Source: Gammaproteobacteria bacterium (GTDB taxonomy: Bacteria > Pseudomonadota > Gammaproteobacteria > Eutrophobiales > Eutrophobiaceae). Taken from it: DNA of 64,000 nt. A program made the translations under genes and the position numbers. The DNA lies in assembly GCA_965215365.1 (NCBI GenBank), contig CBDCDS010000003.1, positions 1 through 64,000 of the forward strand, given 5' to 3'. Shown one piece after another: positions 42,013 through 52,517 of the stretch (within the stretch, counting starts at the first letter, position 1; the number at the start of each line of letters is the position of its first letter). The notes under the pieces were generated by a model. That model was not told the origin of the DNA. It made no database searches and saw nothing but the letters and a program-made list of their open reading frames with translations.

Positions 42013-43329
42013 TTACATGGTCAGGATGCTGAGCAGGTTCTTGTAGTCTTCCTCAATCCGGTTATCGCGCTGGCGCAATTCATCCACCTTCCGGTGCGCG
42101 TGCAGCACGGTAGTATGGTCGCGCCCGCCGAATGAATCGCCGATCTCCGGCAGGCTGTGGTTGGTCAGCTCCTTGGCCAGGGCCATGGCGACCTGCCGCG
42201 GCCGGGCGATGGAACGGGTTTTCCGTTTTGACAGCAAATCGGCCACCTTGATCTTGTAATACCCGGCGGTCACTTTCTGGATGTTCTCCAGGGTGACCTG
42301 ACGCTCCTGTAACAGCAGCAAATCGCGCAAGGCCTGTTGGCAGAACTCGATGTTAATGGGTTGGCCGGTCAGGTTGGCATTGGCGATGACCCGGTTCAAG
42401 GCGCCCTCCAGCTCGCGCACATTGGAAACGAAGTGCTTGGCGATGAAAAAGGCGACATTGTCCGGCAGGTCGATCTGCGCGCGCTCCGCCTTGGACTTGA
42501 CGATGGCCACCCGGGTCTCGTATTCCGGCGGCTCGATGGCAACCGTCAGACCACTGCTGAAACGTGAGCGCAACCGACCTTCTATGCCGTCAACCTCCTT
42601 GGGGTAACGGTCACAGGTCAGCACCACCTGGTTTTTTCCTTCCAGCAAGGTGTTGAACGTGTAGAAAAACTCTTCCTGCGACCGATCTTTGCCGGCAAAG
42701 AACTGGATATCATCGATCAGCAACACATCCAGGGAACGATAATTACGCTTGAACTCGTCGATGGTATTGTGGCGCAAGGCATTTACCATATCCGCCACAA
42801 AGCGTTCGGAGTGCAGGTAGGCGATGTTCATGCCGGGACTGCGTTCTAGGATGGAGTTGCCAATGGCGTGCATCAGGTGCGTCTTGCCGAGACCGACACC
42901 GCCGCACATGAACAACGGGTTATAGGCCGTACCAGGGTTCTCCGCGACCTGAATGGACGCGGCCCGGGCCAGTTGATTCGACTTGCCCTCGACAAACGAG
43001 TCGAACCGGTAACTGCGGTTAAGGTTTTCTGGCAGATAGCCGCGGTTGGCGGCGTTCACCTGAGGCTGCGCCTTCTGTCTGCCCCCCTTCTTCTGGCTGC
43101 CGACCTCAACGGACAAGGACAGCTTAGCGCCCTGTTCGCAGCGCTGCAACAACTCATTGATGCGTTGCAGGTACTTCTCACTGACCCAGTCCAGCACAAA
43201 ACGGTTCGGTGCCAGCAAGCGCAACTTACCCTTGCTCTGTATGGCCTGTAACGGGCGAATCCAGGTGTTGAACTGGTCCGGCGGCAATTCACCGGAAAGT
43301 TGCTCAAGACATGTTTTCCAAACCGACAT
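42013..43329 (-). CDS. dnaA: Replication initiator DnaA
   Basis: [35 protein letters not shown]. Confidence 0.98.
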   Translation of the reverse strand: MSVWKTCLEQLSGELPPDQFNTWIRPLQAIQSKGKLRLLAPNRFVLDWVSEKYLQRINELLQRCEQGAKLSLSVEVGSQKKGGRQKAQPQVNAANRGYLPENLNRSYRFDSFVEGKSNQLARAASIQVAENPGTAYNPLFMCGGVGLGKTHLMHAIGNSILERSPGMNIAYLHSERFVADMVNALRHNTIDEFKRNYRSLDVLLIDDIQFFAGKDRSQEEFFYTFNTLLEGKNQVVLTCDRYPKEVDGIEGRLRSRFSSGLTVAIEPPEYETRVAIVKSKAERAQIDLPDNVAFFIAKHFVSNVRELEGALNRVIANANLTGQPINIEFCQQALRDLLLLQERQVTLENIQKVTAGYYKIKVADLLSKRKTRSIARPRQVAMALAKELTNHSLPEIGDSFGGRDHTTVLHAHRKVDELRQRDNRIEEDYKNLLSILTM

Positions 43330-43460
43330 CTGTACCCAGCACCCTCACGAGAAGCAAAACGGGAAGAGGGCTACAAGTTTATACTTGTTGGGCAGGGTTG
43401 TTCAATACTTCGCGGCTCTGCGCGGTCCTGTTTTTTGAAATTTTTAGTACTTCGGGTCGC

Positions 43461-45359
43461 TCAGCCCAACAGCAAGGCATCGGCACCGGCGAAGAGGAAG
43501 CTGGCGTCGGTAAGGTCGTCCCGTTCTATGCCGGTGAGAGTGAGCGTGCCGCCGCCGTGCCCGGTGAAGTCGATGACGAGGCCCTGCGGGCCGGGTTGTA
43601 AGGTTAAGTCGCTGACGGTACTGAGGTCGGCGAAGGCGCTCAGGTCAATGCGGTCGTCCCCGCGCCCGAAGTCGGTGACGGTGTCGTGGCCGGCGCCGGG
43701 GGTGAAGATGAAGGTATCGTTGCCGTCCCCGCCGGTGAGGGTGTCAGCGCCGTCCCCGCCGTGCAAAGTATCATTACCATCCCCGCCGCGCAGGGTATCC
43801 TCGCCGAGGTTGCCGCGCAGGGTGTCGTGGCCGGCCCCGCCATGCAGGGTATCGTTGCCCTTGCCGCCGAACAGCCGGTCATGGCCAGCCCCGCCGTGCA
43901 GGGTGTCATCGCCGCCCGCCGGGCCGCCGTAGAGGGTGTCGTTGCCGCCGCCGCCGGTTAAGGTGTTGTCACGCCCGTCCCCGGCTAAGATGTCGTGGTA
44001 GTCCGAGCCGTGTAAGTGCTCGATGTCCAACAGTGTCTCGCCCTCCGTCATCCCCGCCACCGGGGTGAAGGTATCGCCCTCGGCATGACCGCCGTGCGCC
44101 TGCCCGCTGTGCAGGCGCACGATGACACCGGCATCGGAGTAGCGATACGAGGCGGTGTCCTGACCGTCACCCCCGCTGAGCACATCCGCCCCGGCCTCGC
44201 CTTCAAGGCGGTCGTCCCCGGCGCGCCCTGCAAGGCGGTCGTCCCCGCCCCGCCCTTCAAGGCGATCGGCCCCGGAGGCGCCGATTAACACATCGTCATG
44301 CTCCGAGCCGTCTAAGTATTCAATGTCGGCCACCCGACCACTGCGCACCCCCCCGGCGGCATCCGTCCAGGTGACGAGCTGACGCCCGGGAAAGGTATCA
44401 CCCTCGGCGTCCCCGCCGACAGCCTGCCCGGTGGTGAGGTTCACCGTCACCCCGGCCGGGGAGGCGGCGTAGCTCACCGCATCGAAGCCCGGCCCGCCGC
44501 GCAGTACATCAGCGCCAGGGCCGCCGGTGAGCCAGTCATTGCCATCCCGACCGTCTAAGGTATCAGCGCCCTCGCCCCCGTCTAAGTCATTGGGCAAGGC
44601 ATTACCGATGAGCACATCACTATGTGCTGAGCCAATGAGGTTCTCAACATCCGGGACATTGCGCACGCGGGTCTGCCCGACGGCATCGATAACAGTGATG
44701 CGTTGCACCCCGAAGCTGTCACCGGTCGCGTGCCCGCCCTGTGCGCGGCCGGTCTCTAAGCGTATGCTCACCCCAGCGCCGGAGTCGCCGTACCAGGCGG
44801 TGTCACTGCCGGGCCCGCCAATGAGCCTGTCACCGCCGGGGCCGCCGGCTAAGGTGTCATCGCCACCGCCGCCGTCCAAGGTGTCATCGCCGGGGCCGGC
44901 ACTGTCGCCGGTCGGCAAACGGTCGTCCTCAGCACTGCCGGTGAGCCGGCGTGCCGTGAAGGCGCCGCTATCATACAGGCGCAGCTCATAGCGCCCGGCA
45001 TGGTCTTGGGTCGGGTTACGGGTATAGACTGCGGCTTGCAGGTAATATATCCCATCGGTATTGGGCCTAAACGTCAGCTGCGAGTGGGTCTCCCCGGCGC
45101 TGAAGTTGACATCATCGTTACGGGCTACCTGCGCGCCGGTGTTATCGTACAGCGTGAGCACCGTATCGCCGGCCGGCCCCGGGCCAATGCCGCCTAAGGT
45201 CATGGTGTAGGTCTCCCCGGCGGTTAACTCTACCCGTACCCAGTCGGCATCGGTGCGCGTGGCAATCAGGCCACGAAAGCGTGCGCCCACGGCCAGGGTG
45301 TAAGGAGTGTCAACGCCAGCCGGGGCGTCTTGCCCGGGACGTTCGTAGGCAATCGTCAT
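43461..45359 (-). CDS. RTX (haemolysin-type Ca-binding) protein with N-terminal PPC-like domain
   Basis: Many GGxGxDxL nonapeptides and DADWVRVELTAGETY. Start set at MTIAYER (ATGA overlap with the upstream gene; RBS AGGAGG). Confidence 0.88.
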   Translation of the reverse strand: MTIAYERPGQDAPAGVDTPYTLAVGARFRGLIATRTDADWVRVELTAGETYTMTLGGIGPGPAGDTVLTLYDNTGAQVARNDDVNFSAGETHSQLTFRPNTDGIYYLQAAVYTRNPTQDHAGRYELRLYDSGAFTARRLTGSAEDDRLPTGDSAGPGDDTLDGGGGDDTLAGGPGGDRLIGGPGSDTAWYGDSGAGVSIRLETGRAQGGHATGDSFGVQRITVIDAVGQTRVRNVPDVENLIGSAHSDVLIGNALPNDLDGGEGADTLDGRDGNDWLTGGPGADVLRGGPGFDAVSYAASPAGVTVNLTTGQAVGGDAEGDTFPGRQLVTWTDAAGGVRSGRVADIEYLDGSEHDDVLIGASGADRLEGRGGDDRLAGRAGDDRLEGEAGADVLSGGDGQDTASYRYSDAGVIVRLHSGQAHGGHAEGDTFTPVAGMTEGETLLDIEHLHGSDYHDILAGDGRDNTLTGGGGNDTLYGGPAGGDDTLHGGAGHDRLFGGKGNDTLHGGAGHDTLRGNLGEDTLRGGDGNDTLHGGDGADTLTGGDGNDTFIFTPGAGHDTVTDFGRGDDRIDLSAFADLSTVSDLTLQPGPQGLVIDFTGHGGGTLTLTGIERDDLTDASFLFAGADALLLG

Positions 45360-48300
45360 GGCCTGCCTCCTGCTGCGGTGGGTGCCGGCGCCCCGGCGGG
45401 GCGCTCGGAGATTGGGGGCGGTGGCGCTGCGCCGGGGCTCAGTTGCAAGGTCAGCAGGGCATCGGCGCCGCGCCCGGCGTGTCCTAAGCTGAGCGCACCG
45501 CGCAGCTGCGCGCCGCCGGGCAAGCGCCAGCCGTGCCCGGCGCGCACTTCCAGCGCCCAGGTGGGGCGGGTGCTCAGGGCGCGCCGCTCGTGCAGACGCT
45601 CGGCCCACAGCGTATCGGTGGCACCGGCATCATCGCCCCAGCGGGACTCGACACTGAAGCTCGTGCCCGCCGGGCCGGGGGTGCGCCGGGATACCGCTAA
45701 GCGCAACCCCCGTTCGCGATAGCCGGTCGCGCCCGGCATGGCCAGCAGGCGCCCCTTGACCGTCAGCTGCCACAGACCGTGGGTACTGTCCAGTCCGCCG
45801 GCGAGCTCCAGTGCCTGCCCGGACTGCCCGGTGCCGGCGTCGGTGCGCCCGTGCAGTGCCAATGACGGGCTTAAGGTGAGCTCGGGGTGCGCCGACCAGG
45901 ATGGCAACTGCCCGCCGCCGGCCAGCCCGATACGCACGGTGCGCACCGTCTCGGCTTGCAAGGTGTGGCCGGCATCGTCTAAGCGCGCTAAGCGCGCCCA
46001 AGACGAATCGGCGCGTGCAGCTAAGGTCATGCCGGCGAAGTGACCTAACGGGTGTGCCACTTCCACGACGCCCATAGTCAGCCCCAGCGGCAAGGAATCC
46101 GGCACTATGCTACCGTCTTGTGCCGGCGCCGGTGCTGCGCCCGGGCTCGGGCTATCATACCCGGTGCTGCGCCCGAAGCCGCCCAGCGCGCTGATGCGGG
46201 TGGCACCGTGAGACCAGGACAGGTACGGATGCACGGCGGTCAACCCGTTGGGGTCTTGTTGCCGTGATAAGGCCAGACCCAGTCGGGCGCTGTCACCGAT
46301 AGGGGTGTCTAAGCCCAGCCAGGCGGTGCGCAGCTCGGTATTGAGGCCGGAGTGCGCCGGCAGGGCAGCGACACTGTTGACGTGACCTTGCCCCCACAGC
46401 GTCCAACGGCGACCGGCACCGGCACCGTCCTCATCCGTCCGGCTTAAAGTCAGGGCAAAGCCACTGTCTTGCCATAAGGCACGGTCTAACCCGCCGGCGC
46501 GTAACTGCCCGCTCAGCAACTGGTAGGTCAGCGTCTCCCACAAACCCGCAGCGCCGGTATTCGTGGCACTGCCCTGTGCGCTTAAGTCCATGCCGCAGGC
46601 GGCGGTCGTCCAGGAGGCACAACGCCCGGTGGCATCAACCCAGGGGTGCGCGTGGGCCAGTGCCGGGCTCAGTGCTATCGGGTCGACCGCATGACCGAGA
46701 GCGCCGGCGCCGTCAGCACCCCACAGTGCTTCCCACGACAAGGTGCGCCCGGCTAAGGTGAGGTGGTCGCGGGCGTGCGCCTCGGCGTCTGAACGCGCGC
46801 CCAGCACGGCGCGCGCGCCGTTTAAGTGACTGCGCGCCAGCGCTGCTAACGCCCCGCTCGGCAGTGGCGCCGGGGCGACCGGCTCGGCGGTCGTCTCAGG
46901 TGTTGGCGCGGGCGTGGCCTCAGCAGCAGTCGCCGGGGTCGCAGCTGCGTCCGGGGTGACGGCGGCGGTCGCAGCTGGGGTCGTATCCGCTGCCGGGGTG
47001 GTGTCGGCGCCGGTCGCAGGCGTGGTTTCGGTCGCCGCCGGGGTGGCGTCAGCGCCCGCCTCAGGGGGTGGCTCAGTGGCCGCGGCCGGGGCCGGCTCGG
47101 AGTCGGCGCCCGGCGCCGCATCGGTCTCAGCCGCCGGCTCCGCCGGTCGGTGTTTGCGTGGGTCGGCGCCGCCATCGCCGACGATGACCGTCACTTCCGG
47201 GATGGGTACGCCGTCATAGCCGCCGCCGCGCAGGCGGTGAGTAATGCCCACCCGCCCGGCGCGCACGCCGGTCACGGTCACGAGGTGCGGTGCGGTCCAG
47301 TTGGCCGGAGTAATTTGCAGCGGCGCGCTGACCGTGGCGATGGTCGAATCTGAGCTCACCGGCGTGATGAGCACCGTACCGGCAGGGCGGCGCGACAGTC
47401 TGAGCTGATAGCTGACACGGTGCGCATCGGTATCCGGCGTGGCCACAGCGTCCGCCACCGCCACGCGCAGTGCGCCGGGCGGGGTGATGGTCACCGCCGC
47501 CGTGCCGGGTGCGGCCGGTGCCGGGCTGGGGCTGCCGCCGCCGCCACTGCTGCTGCCGCTGCCGTTATTGTTATTGTTGTTGTTGTTATTGTTGTTGTTG
47601 TTGTTATTGTTGTTGTTGTTGTTATTGTTGTTGGCAGGGGGCGTAGCCGGCGTCGTAGGTGTGGTGGGCGTGTTGGGTGTGGCGGGGGGCGTAGCCGGGG
47701 TGTTGGGTGTGGCGGGGGGCGGGACGGCTCCGGTCTCCGTGACGGTCACGGCCAGCGTCACGCCGCTGCCCTCTTGGCGCCCCCCGGTTGGCGTGTGGAT
47801 GAGCGCGGCGCGGTCGTTCGCGGCGTCCTCGTCTTGGGCAGCCGTGACGGTGACCGTCTGCGGCGCGTTCCAGTTGGTGTGAGTGAAGTCGAGCGCCGCC
47901 GGGGAGACGGTCACGTCGGGGTTATTCGAGGTGATGGCAACAACGGTCCCGCCGATGCCAGCGGGGGGCTGGGAACCTAGCGCCACCGTGTAGGTGCTCT
48001 GCCCGCCTTCTGCCAGCGTCAGTGAGTCGACCGACAGCCGCAGCGGCGGCGCCATGGGCGTGACCCGCTGCGGGTCTGAGGGTGTCCCCTTAGTTGAGCC
48101 TGCCAGCGCCCGCACCCGGAAGGTATAAGCCACATTGTTGCTCAGGCCGGTCACCACATAACCGACCGTGTCGGCATCGCTGTTGGGGATGGGGCGCCAG
48201 TCACCGAGGTGCCAGTACTCCCAGCCGGTGATGACGGCGTTGTTGGGGTTCGTCCATGACAGAGTCACCCGGGTATGGCCGGGCGTGGCGGTGAAGCCGG

Positions 48301-51286
48301 CGGGCTTGGCCGGCGGTGTGTCATTATCAGTGACGGTGACAGCCACCGTGGCGGTGACACTGCCATAGCCGCCGCCGCTGGCGCTGTGGGTGAGCGTGGC
48401 ACTGTCGTTGTCTGTGTCGGCGTCCTCATCGGCCGCCACGGTGACGGTTTGCGCGGTACTCCAGTTGGTCGTCGTGAAGGCCAGCGTGGACTGGTTGCCG
48501 GGCGCTGTGCTATCGGTATCGACCGTCACCTCGCCGCTGGCGCCTGAGACCGTGACCGTCACGCTCCCGGTGGGCTGCGTGGTCAGCGCCACGGTGTAGG
48601 TGGCGCTCTCGCCTTCGGTCACCGTCAGAGCGGTCGGATTGAGCACCAGGGCGGGGGTGGTGTTGTCGGTGATGTCAAAGTCCGCTAAGTTGTCGGTGCC
48701 CGAAGCGCCGCCGCCAAGGCCGGTGCCGGAATTCGCGTTCAGCGTGTCGAGGCCGATGACCACCGTCTCGCCGCCCGACTCCGTGGTGTTGTCCGCCGTC
48801 GCCGTTAAGGTCAGCGTGACCGTGGTGGCCGTCGTCCCCGTGCTCGGCCCGGTGAAGGTCACCATCGCGTTGCCGGAGTCCAGGTTCGCACAGGTCACCC
48901 CGGTCGGCGGGGTCGGCGGGCAGGCCGTGGTGTAGTCCGTGCCCCGCGTGGCGGCGCCGCTGAAGGTCAGCGGTACCGCCAGCGTCTCGCCGTTCACCAG
49001 GCCGCGGTCTAAGGTGATGGTGAAGGTCTTCGTTGCGCCCTCGGCGACATCCCCGGCGGCGCCCGCGAGCGTCACCGTGGTCGGGTCGTTGTCCACCACC
49101 GTGACGGTGGCCGCGGTGCCGCTCAGGCTGTGGTAGCTGCGGTCCGGGGAGGATGTGGTGTAGGTGACGGACAGTTCCCGGCCGAGCGGGCTGTCCGTGC
49201 TGTCGTCGGTGGCGCGCACCGTCACCGTCTGCGGCGTGCTCCAGAAGGAGTTGGTGAAACCGATCTGCGCGCTGCTGGCGAACGTGCTGCCTGTAGAGAG
49301 CTCCAGCCCGGCGGGCGCGGTGACGGCGACCGCGACGGCGTTCGACGGCCGGGTGCTCAGTGCCACCGTGAAGGTGGCCGTGTCCGTGGTGCTGCCCTCG
49401 GTCACCTGCCTGTCGGTGGGCTGCGCCGTGGTCACGCCGGCGGTGGCGGCCGCCGTCGGCGTCGCGGTCGCCTCGGCCGAGGCCGCGCCGTTCAGCGTCC
49501 CGTCCACGGCGCGGACCTGGAAGCCGTAGGCCGTGCCGTTGGTCAGGCCCGTGACCGTGTGGGTGGTGGTGGTGGCGGTGCTGCTGGCGATGGCCGTCCA
49601 GGTTCCCCAGCTGCCGGTGTCCGGCGGGGTGCGCTGGCGGAACTGGTAGCCGCTGATGGCGGCGTCGGACGGGTCGGTCCAGCTCAAAACGACTTGGCCG
49701 TCGCCCGCCGCCGCGGCGAAGCCGGCGGGGGCCAGCGGCGGGTCGTCGTCCTCGATGGTCAGCGTGACCGTCGTCCGGCCGCCGAGGTCGTAGCCGGCGC
49801 CGTCGGCCAAGGTCAGGATGACCGTCTCGGGGCCCTCGCGCAGGGCGTCCTGGACGACGGCGACGCTGATGTCCACCTCGTCGATGCCCGCGCCCACGGC
49901 CGCGCTGCCCGAGGTCGTGAAGTCCGTCCCCCGGGTCGCGGTGCCGGTCACCGTGTAGGTCACCGTGATCGCCGCTAACGGAGCCGGGTCGAGAACGAGC
50001 GTGTAGCCCCTCGCGAAGGAGGCGCCCTCGCTCAAGGAAGCCGCCGAATCGTCCGCGAACTGCACCACCGGCGTCGACGCCATCGGCGTGGCGGACACGA
50101 TGGACGAGGGTAAGCCAATCACCGTCCCGATCGCCGCACGCACCTGGAAGCTGTACGCCGTGCCGCCCGTCAGGCCCGTCACCGTGTGGGTGGTGGTGCT
50201 CGCACTGCTGCTCGCGATGTCCGTCCATTTCCCCCAGCTGCCGCCGCCCGGCCTCTGGCGGAACTCGTACTCGGTGATGGCACTGTTGCTCGGATTGGTC
50301 CAACTCAGGACGACCGCGCCCGCGCCCGCCGTCGCCGTCAGCCCGGCCGGGGCCGCCGGTGGGGTTCGCGGCGTTGCGCTCACGGTTTCCGATGCCGCGC
50401 CATTCACCGTCCCGGCCACCGCGCGGATCTCGAAGCTGTACTCGGTGCCGTTCGTCAGATTGATGATCGCTCTCGTGACAGTGGTGGCATCGCTCGCCGC
50501 GAAATCCGTCCATCCCCCCCAGCTGCCGCCGGCCGGCCTCTGGCGGTACTGGTACTTCGTGATGGCGGCGTTCGACGGGTCGTTCCACTCCAAAACGACC
50601 TCCGCGTTGCCCGCCGTCGCCGTCAGACCCGTCGGCGCGGCCGGCGCGGGGATGCCCTTGACGGCGAATCGCATGGATTGGTTCGATGCAAACCAATTAT
50701 CGCTTTGCCGGAAGCGGCTCCCGTTGTTGATACTCCAGCCGGTCAGGCCGGTTTGCCCGTCACCTCTGGCAGCGGTTACAGGGATATTCTGAGGAGATGC
50801 CGTCGGTGTGCCGTCGTTGAACACGAGGAAATAGGTCGTGTTCGCCGCGAGCACGGTGCCCGCCGGGGCGGTGAAGGTGTTCAGGGCATCTAACGTGAAA
50901 CTGCTCGGGTTGACGAGCGTCGCCACGAGCGCGCCGGGGTTCGTGCCTCCGCCTGCGCGGATCGTGACAACCGTGGTTCTGCCCGTCAAGTCCGTTACGC
51001 TGCTGCGCCCCAGTGCTATGTCCACCTCCGAGAGCGCGTAGCCCGCGGCGTTGGCCCCGGTGGTGAATTTCGTTGCAAACTCGAACAAAAAACTGCCAGT
51101 AGCTGTCTGACCCGTGTTGCTGACCAGCGTCGTCTGCGCCTCGGCACCCTGGGCGAAGCCGGCCAGCAGCGGCAGGGCGAGCAGGGCGGCGGCGAGGGTG
51201 CGCCAGGCTGAACGGCGGCGCGGGGCGGGCTTACGCGGGGAGAGGTAACGCCATACCGCCGACGGGCTTACGCGCGACCGTGGCAT
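45356..51286 (-). CDS. Large secreted adhesin-like protein: fibronectin type III repeats, Calx-beta-like domains, Pro/Thr/Asn linkers, autotransporter-like C-terminus
   Basis: Signal peptide ending AEA/Q; four 'PAAPxGLTATAG..VVLSW...YQYRQ...GLTNGTAYSFQVRA' units; DALREGPETVILTL; aromatic amphipathic C-terminal strands. Confidence 0.85.
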   Translation of the reverse strand: MPRSRVSPSAVWRYLSPRKPAPRRRSAWRTLAAALLALPLLAGFAQGAEAQTTLVSNTGQTATGSFLFEFATKFTTGANAAGYALSEVDIALGRSSVTDLTGRTTVVTIRAGGGTNPGALVATLVNPSSFTLDALNTFTAPAGTVLAANTTYFLVFNDGTPTASPQNIPVTAARGDGQTGLTGWSINNGSRFRQSDNWFASNQSMRFAVKGIPAPAAPTGLTATAGNAEVVLEWNDPSNAAITKYQYRQRPAGGSWGGWTDFAASDATTVTRAIINLTNGTEYSFEIRAVAGTVNGAASETVSATPRTPPAAPAGLTATAGAGAVVLSWTNPSNSAITEYEFRQRPGGGSWGKWTDIASSSASTTTHTVTGLTGGTAYSFQVRAAIGTVIGLPSSIVSATPMASTPVVQFADDSAASLSEGASFARGYTLVLDPAPLAAITVTYTVTGTATRGTDFTTSGSAAVGAGIDEVDISVAVVQDALREGPETVILTLADGAGYDLGGRTTVTLTIEDDDPPLAPAGFAAAAGDGQVVLSWTDPSDAAISGYQFRQRTPPDTGSWGTWTAIASSTATTTTHTVTGLTNGTAYGFQVRAVDGTLNGAASAEATATPTAAATAGVTTAQPTDRQVTEGSTTDTATFTVALSTRPSNAVAVAVTAPAGLELSTGSTFASSAQIGFTNSFWSTPQTVTVRATDDSTDSPLGRELSVTYTTSSPDRSYHSLSGTAATVTVVDNDPTTVTLAGAAGDVAEGATKTFTITLDRGLVNGETLAVPLTFSGAATRGTDYTTACPPTPPTGVTCANLDSGNAMVTFTGPSTGTTATTVTLTLTATADNTTESGGETVVIGLDTLNANSGTGLGGGASGTDNLADFDITDNTTPALVLNPTALTVTEGESATYTVALTTQPTGSVTVTVSGASGEVTVDTDSTAPGNQSTLAFTTTNWSTAQTVTVAADEDADTDNDSATLTHSASGGGYGSVTATVAVTVTDNDTPPAKPAGFTATPGHTRVTLSWTNPNNAVITGWEYWHLGDWRPIPNSDADTVGYVVTGLSNNVAYTFRVRALAGSTKGTPSDPQRVTPMAPPLRLSVDSLTLAEGGQSTYTVALGSQPPAGIGGTVVAITSNNPDVTVSPAALDFTHTNWNAPQTVTVTAAQDEDAANDRAALIHTPTGGRQEGSGVTLAVTVTETGAVPPPATPNTPATPPATPNTPTTPTTPATPPANNNNNNNNNNNNNNNNNNNNNNNGSGSSSGGGGSPSPAPAAPGTAAVTITPPGALRVAVADAVATPDTDAHRVSYQLRLSRRPAGTVLITPVSSDSTIATVSAPLQITPANWTAPHLVTVTGVRAGRVGITHRLRGGGYDGVPIPEVTVIVGDGGADPRKHRPAEPAAETDAAPGADSEPAPAAATEPPPEAGADATPAATETTPATGADTTPAADTTPAATAAVTPDAAATPATAAEATPAPTPETTAEPVAPAPLPSGALAALARSHLNGARAVLGARSDAEAHARDHLTLAGRTLSWEALWGADGAGALGHAVDPIALSPALAHAHPWVDATGRCASWTTAACGMDLSAQGSATNTGAAGLWETLTYQLLSGQLRAGGLDRALWQDSGFALTLSRTDEDGAGAGRRWTLWGQGHVNSVAALPAHSGLNTELRTAWLGLDTPIGDSARLGLALSRQQDPNGLTAVHPYLSWSHGATRISALGGFGRSTGYDSPSPGAAPAPAQDGSIVPDSLPLGLTMGVVEVAHPLGHFAGMTLAARADSSWARLARLDDAGHTLQAETVRTVRIGLAGGGQLPSWSAHPELTLSPSLALHGRTDAGTGQSGQALELAGGLDSTHGLWQLTVKGRLLAMPGATGYRERGLRLAVSRRTPGPAGTSFSVESRWGDDAGATDTLWAERLHERRALSTRPTWALEVRAGHGWRLPGGAQLRGALSLGHAGRGADALLTLQLSPGAAPPPPISERPAGAPAPTAAGGRP
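47564..47632 (-). repeat. (AAC/AAT)23 poly-Asn tract
   Basis: 69-nt trinucleotide run, in frame. Confidence 0.95.
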
Positions 51287-51355
51287 CTGCGGTCTGCGGT
51301 CTGCGGTCTGCGGTCTGCGGTCTGCGGTCTGCGGTCTGCGGTCTGCGGTCTGCGG
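51286..51355 (-). repeat. Perfect heptamer tandem repeat (CCGCAGA)10
   Basis: TCTGCGG x10 on the plus strand; the last A is the A of the adhesin ATG. Confidence 0.97.
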
Positions 51356-51360
51356 TCAAC

Positions 51361-51420
51361 ATTATGTCGATTTCCTCAGCGTTTGTCAAGCAGTTTTTTG
51401 GCTTTTTTGGTATTTTTTTC
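51361..51420 (-). promoter_or_regulatory. Sigma70-like promoter with A-tract UP element
   Basis: TTGACA-17 bp-CATAAT preceded by phased A tracts; the same -35/UP module occurs at 51945, 52447 and 52989. Confidence 0.7.
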
Positions 51421-51452
51421 AGTGAGATAAAAATAAGAGTTTGCCTGCTGTT

Positions 51453-51863
51453 TCAACCGTCCGTACCGGTGCCAGGCAGACCCAAATGCCCTTCAATCCG
51501 ATGCACCTGACCCGACAGAGTATCTACTTTTTGGCTCAAAGTATCCACTCTTTGACCCAGTGCGTTGATGTTATCTTTCTGATCATCGATACGCTTGTTT
51601 ACGTCATCGATACGCTTGTTTACGTCATCGATACGCTTGTTTACACCATCGAAGCGTTTGTCGATGCTTTCTTTCAAATCATGGAAGCGTTTGTCGATGC
51701 TTTCTTTCAAATCATGGAAGCGTTTGTTCATATCATCGAAGCGTTTGTCAATGCTGTCCTTTAAGTCGCCGATGCGGGTGAACAGAACGCAGACAATGAT
51801 AAGTACAGCCAGATTGATGAGGTCGGGCAGGCGGTCGAACAGCATGCTGATAATGGCGTTCAT
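51453..51863 (-). CDS. Membrane-anchored coiled-coil repeat protein, copy 1
   Basis: N-terminal TM helix; 11-aa DLKESIDKRFH and 7-aa DVNKRID repeats. Confidence 0.8.
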   Translation of the reverse strand: MNAIISMLFDRLPDLINLAVLIIVCVLFTRIGDLKDSIDKRFDDMNKRFHDLKESIDKRFHDLKESIDKRFDGVNKRIDDVNKRIDDVNKRIDDQKDNINALGQRVDTLSQKVDTLSGQVHRIEGHLGLPGTGTDG

Positions 51864-52015
51864 GGTTGTATTCCCTCTGCTTCAAGTGGAGGTGATGCGC
51901 TTACGCGCGAGCGCGGCTAATCATTCTGGCATTTCCCCCGTGCTTGTCAAGCAGTTTTTGGCTTTTTTTGTAATTTTTTTCACAGTGAGATGGGAAGAAA
52001 AGTTTGCCTGCTGTT

Positions 52016-52351
52016 TCAACCGTCCGTACCGGTGCCAGGCAGACCCAAATGCCCTTCAATCCGATGCACCTGACCCGACAGAGTATCTACTTTTTGACTC
52101 AAAGTATCCACCCTTTGACCCAGTGCGTTGATGTTATCTTTCTGATCATCGATACGCTTGTTGACGTCATCGATACGCTTGTTCATATCATGGAAGCGTT
52201 TGTCGATGCTTTCTTTCAAATCATGGAAGCGCTTGTCGATGCTGTCCTTTAAGTCGCCGATGCGGGTGAACAGAACGCAGACAATGATAAGTACAGCCAG
52301 ATTGATGAGGTCGGGCAGGTGGTCGAACAGCATGCTGATAATGGCGTTCAT
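52016..52351 (-). CDS. Membrane-anchored coiled-coil repeat protein, copy 2
   Basis: Near-identical to copy 1 with fewer repeats. Confidence 0.8.
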   Translation of the reverse strand: MNAIISMLFDHLPDLINLAVLIIVCVLFTRIGDLKDSIDKRFHDLKESIDKRFHDMNKRIDDVNKRIDDQKDNINALGQRVDTLSQKVDTLSGQVHRIEGHLGLPGTGTDG

Positions 52352-52517
52352 GGTTGTATCCTCTCTGCTTCAAGTGGAGGTGATGCGCTTACGCGCGAGC
52401 GCGGCTAATCATTCTGGTATTTCCATTCTGGTATTTCCCCCGTGCTTGTCAAGCAGTTTTTGGCTTTTTTTGTAATTTTTTTCACAGTGAGATGGGAAGA
52501 AAAGTTTGCCTGCTGTT

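Noticed and set aside
43330-43460. oriC next to dnaA (also checked 54100-54230 and 59163-59363)
   Set aside because: No TTATCCACA-type box cluster or unwinding element seen.
45360-45608. N-terminal extension of the RTX ORF
   Set aside because: It overlaps the adhesin C-terminus; a better start with an RBS exists at 45359.
48675-50696. 673-aa alternative-frame ORF inside the adhesin
   Set aside because: Arg/Gly/His-rich shadow frame typical of high-GC3 coding DNA.
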